21,287 bases of DNA, from contig JALVPN010000007.1 in assembly GCA_027031765.1 (NCBI GenBank), forward strand, positions 1-21,287, read 5' to 3'. Every line of letters begins with the position of its first letter. The stretch's first letter is position 1. The notes beneath the pieces were generated by a model, which was given only the letters and a program-made list of their open reading frames with translations, searched no databases and was not told where the DNA came from. This document shows, piece by piece, positions 15,676 through 21,287 of the stretch. The translations under genes and the position numbers were made by a program. This stretch comes from Promethearchaeota archaeon. GTDB lineage: Archaea; Asgardarchaeota; Thorarchaeia; Thorarchaeales; Thorarchaeaceae.

Positions 15676-15777
15676 GAGCACGATACAGCACAGCACAGCA
15701 CAGCACAGCACAGCACAGCACAGTACAGTACAGTGCAGTCCGTGCAGTGCAGTGTAGTGCAGTGTAGTGCAGTGCTG
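15676..15777. repeat. Pentanucleotide tandem array (CAGCA)x7, (CAGTA)x2, then CAGTG/TAGTG units; self-complementary
   Basis: Read directly: CAGCA x7 at 15686-15720, CAGTA x2 at 15721-15730, CAGTG, CAGTC, CGTG, then six YAGTG units to 15774. 15686-15721 pairs with 15742-15777. Confidence 0.95.
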
Positions 15778-15852
15778 GACCGCAGACTTCGTGTGCGGGT
15801 GAGAACAGCAGCCGCTGACATAGGAGCTGGGCCGAAAGAGGTAGTGATAACG

Positions 15853-18600
15853 GTGACCAGTGAGGAAACACGAAGGACTCGAAAGAAGAAGTACGTGTAC
15901 CGGTTCGGTGCCGGGAAGGCTGATGGCCGCGGGACGATGAAGAACGAACTCGGCGGGAAAGGTGCCGCTCTTGCAGAGGCCACGAACCTCGGGCTACCGG
16001 TGCCACCCGGCTTTACCATATGTACGGAGGTATGCAACCTGTACCTCAGGACGGGAGGGATACCAGAGGAGGTACGGGAACAGGTACTCGACGCACTACA
16101 CTGGGTCGAGGATATCATGGGCTCGAAGTTCGGTGACCCTGAGAACCCCCTCCTGGTGTCGTGTCGCAGTGGTGCTAGGCAGTCAATGCCGGGGATGATG
16201 GAGACCGTCCTGAACGTCGGGCTCACCACGAAGACCATCCCTGGCCTCATCAAGAGTACGAACAACGAACGCTTCGTCTACGACACCTACCGGCGACTGA
16301 TAATGATGTACTCGGATGTGGTAATGGAGAAGGCAGAGGGCATCGAGCCCGAAGAGGGCGAGGGCATTCGCAGCCAGCTGGAGTACATACTTGAACAGAA
16401 GAAGCGGGAGGCAGGCTGCGCCACTGACACCTGTCTTTCGGTAGAGGACTTGAAAGACCTCTGTAACAAGTTCAAGGACCGTGTGAAGGAGACCCTTGGA
16501 CGAGAGTTCCCAGACGACCCGTACGAGCAGCTCTGGGGTGCCATAGCGGCGGTGTTCAAGAGCTGGAACGGCACGCGTGCGGTGGCATACAGGCGCATCG
16601 AGAACATCCCGGACGAGTGGGGCACCGCATGCACAGTGCAGACCACGGCGTGCGGCACCCCCACCCCCAACACTGCGACCGGTGTGGCCTTCACCCGGAA
16701 CCCGGCCACCGGTGAGAACCAGTTCTACGGCGAGGTACTGTTCAACGCCCAGGGCGAGGACGTCGTTGCAGGCATACGGACGCCCAACCCTATGAATGAA
16801 GAGAGCAAGAACGAACAGAACAAGCACCTCGAGACCCTTGAGAGCAGGATGCCTGAGATATACGAGCAGCTCTGCGAGATCAGGGAGATCCTTGAAGCAC
16901 ACGCCAAGGACATGCTCGACATCGAGTTCACAATCCAGGAGGGCAAGCTGTTCCTGGTCCAGCACCGTGTTGGCAAGAGGACTGCCGCAGCAGCACTGAA
17001 CATCGCAATGGACCTGCTGGAGTCCGGCGTGATTGATGTCCCCACCGCGGTGATGCGCATTGCCCCAGAACACCTGAGCCAGTTACTGTACCCCATCCTT
17101 GACCCGGAGGCCGAAAAGGACGCAACACCAATCGCAAAGGGCCTGCCGGCAGGGCCGGGTGGCGCCAGTGGCGAGATCGTCTTCACTTCCGAGGACGCCG
17201 TGGCTGCGGCGAAGCGTGGCAGGAAGGTCATCCTCGTGCGCGAGGAGACCAGCCCAGAGGATATCGAGGGCATGCGTGCTGCAACGGCAATCCTGACCGC
17301 TAGAGGCGGGATGACGAGCCATGCTGCACTTGTGGCAAGGGGATGGGGAAAGTGCTGTGTCGTCGGCGCAGCACCACTCATGGTCGACACGGCTGGCAAG
17401 AAGCTCAAGATTGGCGACCGCGTGTTCGGAGAGGGGGATGTGCTCACCCTGAACGGTTCGAGGGGGCTCGTGTATGAGGGTGAGATCCCGACCGTCGACT
17501 CCACGAAGAACCCGAGGCTCCAGGAGTTCATGGCCATGGCCGACCGGTTCCGCAAGCTGCGGGTGCGTGCCAATGCCGACACACCAGAGGACGCACGGCT
17601 CGCAAGGCAGTTTGGGGCAGAGGGCATCGGCCTGCTCCGGACAGAGCACATGTTCTACGGCGAGGGCTCGGACGAGCCGCTGTTCCTGCTCAGGAAGATG
17701 ATACTGAGTGAGTCGAGGTCAGAACGACTCGAGGCCCTCAACGAGCTGGCCCCATACGTGAAGAAGGACATCAAGGCCACACTGGAGGTCATGGACGGAC
17801 TGCCAGTCACGATACGGCTCCTCGACCCGCCACTCCACGAGTTCGTCCCGCAGAGCAGGGTGGGACAGGAACGCCTTGCACGCGCCCTCAACATCGATGT
17901 GGAGGAGGTCAGGAAGAGGGGTGAGGCACTCCATGAGAACAACCCGATGATGGGCCACAGGGGTGTGCGCCTCGGTATGACCTATCCGGAGATATACCAG
18001 ATGCAGGTACGCGCAATCCTCGAGGCTGCCGCCGAGCTCGTCAAGGAGGGCAAGGACCCCCACGTCGAGATAATGATCCCCGTGACGGTGGGTGCTGCAG
18101 AGCTTAAGACCATGAAGATGATTGTCGATGACGTCTACGACCAGGTCAGCAGTGAGCAGGGCATTGAGATACCATATGCAATCGGCACTATGATAGAGCT
18201 CCCACGGGCATGCATGCGCGCCGGGGACATGGCAGAAGTGGCCGAGTTCTTCTCCTTCGGTACGAACGACCTCACACAGATGGCATTCGGCTTCAGCAGG
18301 GACGACGTAGACTCCTTCCTCCCCGAGTACCTTGAGAGGCACCTCCTGCGTACAGACCCCTTCAAGAGCATCGACAGACGCGGCGTCGGACAGCTCATCA
18401 AGATTGCAATCGAGCGCGGCCGGACGCGACGCCCAGACCTCAAGCTCGGGGTGTGCGGTGAACACGGCGGCGACCCGCGTTCAGTGGCGTTCTTCCACCA
18501 GCTCGGCATCGACTATGTCAGCTGCTCGCCATACCGCATCCCAATCGCAAGGCTGGCCGCTGCACAGGGGGCCCTCGGAGAGCGCTACGACACACGCTGA
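15853..18600 (+). CDS. ppdK: Pyruvate, phosphate dikinase
   Basis: Motifs GGKG, PVPPGF, SCRSGA.SMPGMM, TGVAFTRNP, GGMTSHAALVARGWG (phospho-His), RTEHMF, RLLDPPLHEF, ENNPMMGHRGVR, FSFGTNDLTQ and VCGEHGG. Start moved to GTG 15853 (GAGGT RBS 10 nt upstream); the longer ORF-track start runs through the repeat. Confidence 0.96.
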   Translation: MTSEETRRTRKKKYVYRFGAGKADGRGTMKNELGGKGAALAEATNLGLPVPPGFTICTEVCNLYLRTGGIPEEVREQVLDALHWVEDIMGSKFGDPENPLLVSCRSGARQSMPGMMETVLNVGLTTKTIPGLIKSTNNERFVYDTYRRLIMMYSDVVMEKAEGIEPEEGEGIRSQLEYILEQKKREAGCATDTCLSVEDLKDLCNKFKDRVKETLGREFPDDPYEQLWGAIAAVFKSWNGTRAVAYRRIENIPDEWGTACTVQTTACGTPTPNTATGVAFTRNPATGENQFYGEVLFNAQGEDVVAGIRTPNPMNEESKNEQNKHLETLESRMPEIYEQLCEIREILEAHAKDMLDIEFTIQEGKLFLVQHRVGKRTAAAALNIAMDLLESGVIDVPTAVMRIAPEHLSQLLYPILDPEAEKDATPIAKGLPAGPGGASGEIVFTSEDAVAAAKRGRKVILVREETSPEDIEGMRAATAILTARGGMTSHAALVARGWGKCCVVGAAPLMVDTAGKKLKIGDRVFGEGDVLTLNGSRGLVYEGEIPTVDSTKNPRLQEFMAMADRFRKLRVRANADTPEDARLARQFGAEGIGLLRTEHMFYGEGSDEPLFLLRKMILSESRSERLEALNELAPYVKKDIKATLEVMDGLPVTIRLLDPPLHEFVPQSRVGQERLARALNIDVEEVRKRGEALHENNPMMGHRGVRLGMTYPEIYQMQVRAILEAAAELVKEGKDPHVEIMIPVTVGAAELKTMKMIVDDVYDQVSSEQGIEIPYAIGTMIELPRACMRAGDMAEVAEFFSFGTNDLTQMAFGFSRDDVDSFLPEYLERHLLRTDPFKSIDRRGVGQLIKIAIERGRTRRPDLKLGVCGEHGGDPRSVAFFHQLGIDYVSCSPYRIPIARLAAAQGALGERYDTR

Positions 18601-18873
18601 ACTGATGCCAAGTGACGGGTCAGTGCAGGCCACAGCAATATGTGCACAGGTGGGCCCACATGCAGATGAGATGCGGAGGGCGCACGTGTGCACTCCTAGT
18701 ATCCATGCACTCTGGTGGGCCGGACTGGACCGGGCCCTTGCCAACTCCAGATGCGACCTCCACATCCCGGTGCTGCAACACGCCCGGCCCGCCCCGTGTC
18801 ACAGCCCGGCCCCGTAGAACGCCTTGACTCCAAGTCTGTCCGCACTGGTCCACACGGGTAGACTGCCAGTAAC

Positions 18874-18881
18874 CTTATTAT
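18874..18881 (+). promoter_or_regulatory. Candidate TATA box (CTTATTAT) for tdh
   Basis: About 35 nt upstream of GTG 18917, with GAGGT RBS at 18905-18909. Confidence 0.5.
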
Positions 18882-18916
18882 CTGGTACTAGAGGGCGGGG
18901 CTGCGAGGTTGGACAA

Positions 18917-19870
18917 GTGAAGCGCATACTCGTGACTGGGAGCTACGGTCAGATAGGTACCGAACTGGTCGTAGCCCTTCGGGAAAAGTATGGCGGCGAG
19001 AACGTCATCGCCACGGGACGCAAGAAGCCACCGGAGGTCCTCAGACGTGACGGCCCGTACTACAGGCTGGACGTGCTCGACACCGACCAGCTCCACACGA
19101 TGCTGGTCGACTACGACATCGACATCATCATCCATAACGCCTCTGTGCTGTCAGCGGTCGGGGAAAAGAACCCACAGCTCGCATACAGGACAAACGTCGA
19201 GGGCAGCTACAACGTCCTGGAGGCCACAAGGATTCTCGGTCTCGACCAGGTGATGATCCCGAGCTCCATTGCAGCCTTCGGCCCGAGCACACCAAAGGAG
19301 GACACACCAAACGACGTGATAATGCGACCCACAACGGCCTATGGGGTCTCAAAGGTGTTCATCGAGCTGTGGGGAGAATACTACAACCTCCGCTACGGCG
19401 TGGACTTCCGTTCGCTCCGCTACCCCGGCATCATAAGCGCTGAGACGCTGCCCGGTGGCGGTACCACAGACTACGCAGTCGAGATATTCTACGAGGCCCT
19501 CAAGAACAAGCGCTACACATGCTTCCTCGCAAAGGATGCACGGCTCCCGATGATGTATATGCCCGACTGCCTGAAGTCAACAATAGACCTGATTGAGGCC
19601 GACCCGGAAAAGCTTGTACACAGGTCCTTCAACATAACTGCAATGAGCTTTACCCCGGAAGAGCTGGCCAAGGAGATAAAGAAACACATCCCAGAGTTCG
19701 AGGTCGAGTACAGGCCGGACTTCCGACAGCAGATTGCTGAGTCGTGGCCTAGGTCAATCGACGACAGTGCAGCCAGAGAAGAGTGGGGCTGGCAACCAGA
19801 CTATGACCTGAGCGCCATGACCGAGGACATGCTCAAGCGGCTGTCCAAGAAACTGGGTGTCGAGTACTAG
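18917..19870 (+). CDS. tdh: L-threonine 3-dehydrogenase, extended-SDR (NAD-dependent epimerase/dehydratase) type
   Basis: ILVTGSYGQIG, LSAVGEKNP, PSSIAAFG, PTTAYGVSK (YxxxK), DFRSLRYPGII, PGGGTTDYAV and LPMMYMPD are signatures of the SDR-type ThrDH subfamily. Confidence 0.9.
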   Translation: MKRILVTGSYGQIGTELVVALREKYGGENVIATGRKKPPEVLRRDGPYYRLDVLDTDQLHTMLVDYDIDIIIHNASVLSAVGEKNPQLAYRTNVEGSYNVLEATRILGLDQVMIPSSIAAFGPSTPKEDTPNDVIMRPTTAYGVSKVFIELWGEYYNLRYGVDFRSLRYPGIISAETLPGGGTTDYAVEIFYEALKNKRYTCFLAKDARLPMMYMPDCLKSTIDLIEADPEKLVHRSFNITAMSFTPEELAKEIKKHIPEFEVEYRPDFRQQIAESWPRSIDDSAAREEWGWQPDYDLSAMTEDMLKRLSKKLGVEY

Positions 19871-19890
19871 ACGCCTGGCACCTGAGTGTG

Positions 19891-19930
19891 GCGGAGGGGA
19901 AAGGGCATCCCATTGTGGTGCCTCCTCCGC
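19891..19930 (+). terminator. Candidate hairpin downstream of tdh
   Basis: GCGGAGG (19891-19897) / CCTCCGC (19924-19930); pyrimidine tract TGTTTCTTTC at 19981-19990. Confidence 0.3.
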
Positions 19931-20206
19931 ACCACCTGACAGACTTGACGGTATACGATAGGATACTGTGTGTACTGGCCTGTTTCTTTCTGCCAACCGC
20001 ACCCTACTACTCGTAAGGAGCTCACTGCTAGTGACCATACGTGAGGGGTGACCAGTGGCGGGCATGCCTACAGCTGGTCTGCTTGTATTCTTCCCGGCAG
20101 CCCCGGGGACAGGTGATGTCCGGGCCGCAGCAGGAGCCAGTCCTCACGGATAGTACCAACTGGCAACGGGTGAGAAGCACAGTACAGTAGTGGTAGCAGC
20201 GGGGTG

Positions 20207-20244
20207 GAGAAAAAGAGGGTTGAAGCAGACTGAGCAACGCTCAG
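20207..20244 (-). terminator. Candidate terminator for the solute-binding protein gene
   Basis: Hairpin CTGAGC-AAC-GCTCAG (20230-20244) followed on the minus strand by CCCTCTTTTTCTC (20219-20207). Confidence 0.45.
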
Positions 20245-20284
20245 CCTACTTCTAGGACAGTTGTATTGCTCTGCTGGACTCGGA

Positions 20285-21287
20285 CTACTTGCGCTTCATT
20301 ACCACTATCACGATGAGCAGCACAATGACGACACCAGCACCAATGGCGATGTAGACCATTGTCATGTCGCCGCCGCCAGGTGTGGTGGTTGCATTGGTGG
20401 TCGTTGAGGTCGTGGTCGTTCCGGTCGTGGTGGTCGTTGAGGTCGTGGTCGTGGTCGAGGTGGTCGTCACCGGGCTCTTCCAGTAGTGATAGAAGTACGG
20501 CCCGTGCATCGGGTTGAACACGTAGCCGTTCATGGATGCATGCTCAACGTGGAATGTGGTCGCCTGGTAGACCCAGATGTAGGCACAGTGGTCCACAATG
20601 GCCTCCTGGATCTGCTTGTAGAGCTGAATCCGCTCGTTATTGTCCTGGGACTGGGCAGCAGCCGTGATCCAGCCGTCCACAAGGGTGGCGTTCCAGCCCT
20701 CGGAACCAGCAAGGCCAATCCTGTACGGGAAGGTGCCGGTGCTCTTGACGAACGGACCCACGTAGTTGTCTGGGTCTGCGTAGTCAGGTGCCCAGCCAAG
20801 GAAGAAGATTGGCAGCTGGCGGTTCCTCACGAGGTACAGGTAGGTCGACCACTCGACTGCCTGCACATCGACTGTGAGTGGCTGTGAGGGCTGCGTTGCA
20901 TCAGGATGGTTCAGGATTGCCTGGATACCGTCCTTCAGCATGAGGCAGGCCTTCTCTCGGTTGGTGTTACCGGAGTTGTAGTAGATTGTGAGGTGGTAGC
21001 TGTTGTTCGCCCAGATAGCATCGAGACCCTTGGCCATTGCAGCGTTCCACTTCTCAACGCCCGCCGTTAGGTTGTACGTGTACATGTACAGGTCATCGTA
21101 GTGGCCGAACATACCCCGTGGGATTGGGCCCTGGAGTTGTATACCGAAGCCGTTGAGGACCTGATCGATATACACCGAGTAGTTGAAGATGTACGAGAAC
21201 GACTCGCGCAGCTCCTTGAGCACGAACGGACTCTGCGTGATAGTGCCCGACTGGTTGAGGATTGGGTTCATGTTGAAGCCCAGGAAC
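20285..21287 (-). CDS. ABC transporter peptide/nickel-family (SBP family 5) substrate-binding protein, C-terminal part; 5' end beyond the right edge
   Basis: Frame stays open to the window edge (FLGFN precedes the ORF-track Met). Motifs LRESFSYIFNY, YTYNL, YNSGNTNR, GWAPDYADPDNY and LYKQIQEAIVD; Thr-rich linker and C-terminal TM helix followed by KRK. Confidence 0.92.
   Translation of the reverse strand, partial: FLGFNMNPILNQSGTITQSPFVLKELRESFSYIFNYSVYIDQVLNGFGIQLQGPIPRGMFGHYDDLYMYTYNLTAGVEKWNAAMAKGLDAIWANNSYHLTIYYNSGNTNREKACLMLKDGIQAILNHPDATQPSQPLTVDVQAVEWSTYLYLVRNRQLPIFFLGWAPDYADPDNYVGPFVKSTGTFPYRIGLAGSEGWNATLVDGWITAAAQSQDNNERIQLYKQIQEAIVDHCAYIWVYQATTFHVEHASMNGYVFNPMHGPYFYHYWKSPVTTTSTTTTTSTTTTTGTTTTSTTTNATTTPGGGDMTMVYIAIGAGVVIVLLIVIVVMKRK
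20396..20452. repeat. Exact 24-nt direct repeat inside the Thr-rich linker
   Basis: GGTGGTCGTTGAGGTCGTGGTCGT at 20396-20419 and 20429-20452 (offset 33 nt), each encoding TTTTSTTT on the minus strand. Confidence 0.85.

Noticed and set aside
15676-15777. Possible CRISPR array
   Set aside because: Units are 5 nt and contiguous with no unique spacers, and no cas genes are in the window.
15733-15852. 40-aa N-terminal extension of PPDK given by the ORF track
   Set aside because: It begins inside the tandem repeat; the GAGGT RBS and the start of homology point to GTG 15853.
15573-16265. Cys-rich ORFs (15573-16265 and 15581-16006, minus) with CAVLC repeats resembling a metallothionein or RiPP precursor
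   Set aside because: Any 5-nt repeat produces this 5-residue periodicity in all frames; both ORFs run antisense to the ppdK 5' end and have no RBS or other support.
18601-18916. 316-nt ppdK-tdh spacer with short palindromes (GTGGGCCCAC at 18650-18659, TGTGCACA) as a possible tRNA or sRNA
   Set aside because: No cloverleaf, T-loop or C/D box pair was recognisable; short GC palindromes are expected by chance.

Overview
Gene-dense, GC-rich (roughly 55-65% by spot counts) archaeal DNA. Evidence: archaeal/eukaryote-type TyrRS, GGAGG/GGGGTGA ribosome-binding sites, TATA-like boxes, and a solute-binding protein with a Thr-rich linker and C-terminal anchor. A Rab-like pseudo-GTPase, a PP1-like phosphatase and a eukaryote-like TyrRS suggest an Asgard lineage such as Thorarchaeota; this is inference, not a search result. 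Bases 1-12069 hold 12 co-directional minus-strand genes, in transcription order: large PIN-domain protein, small membrane protein, degenerate small-GTPase-like protein, TIGR00725/LOG protein, PPP phosphatase, DUF362, UbiA-type prenyl-phosphate phosphoribosyltransferase, PHP phosphoesterase, UPF0104 flippase-like protein, TyrRS, NYN nuclease, and a partial low-GC dprA that the ORF track misses. Bases 12361-21287 hold catabolic genes: ADP-forming acyl-CoA synthetase alpha subunit, fold-type II PLP enzyme, PPDK, SDR-type threonine dehydrogenase and a partial peptide ABC solute-binding protein. Best leads: (1) a DUF362-UbiA-PHP-flippase operon that may build a lipid-linked pentose donor without DprE1/E2; (2) a pseudo-GTPase/LOG/PPP module; (3) a pentamer array forming a 36-bp hairpin with periodic A.A mismatches upstream of (4) a PPDK with several rewritten motifs in its nucleotide-binding domain. 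I saw no tRNA, rRNA, CRISPR array or transposase. All family calls are from motifs recognised by eye.
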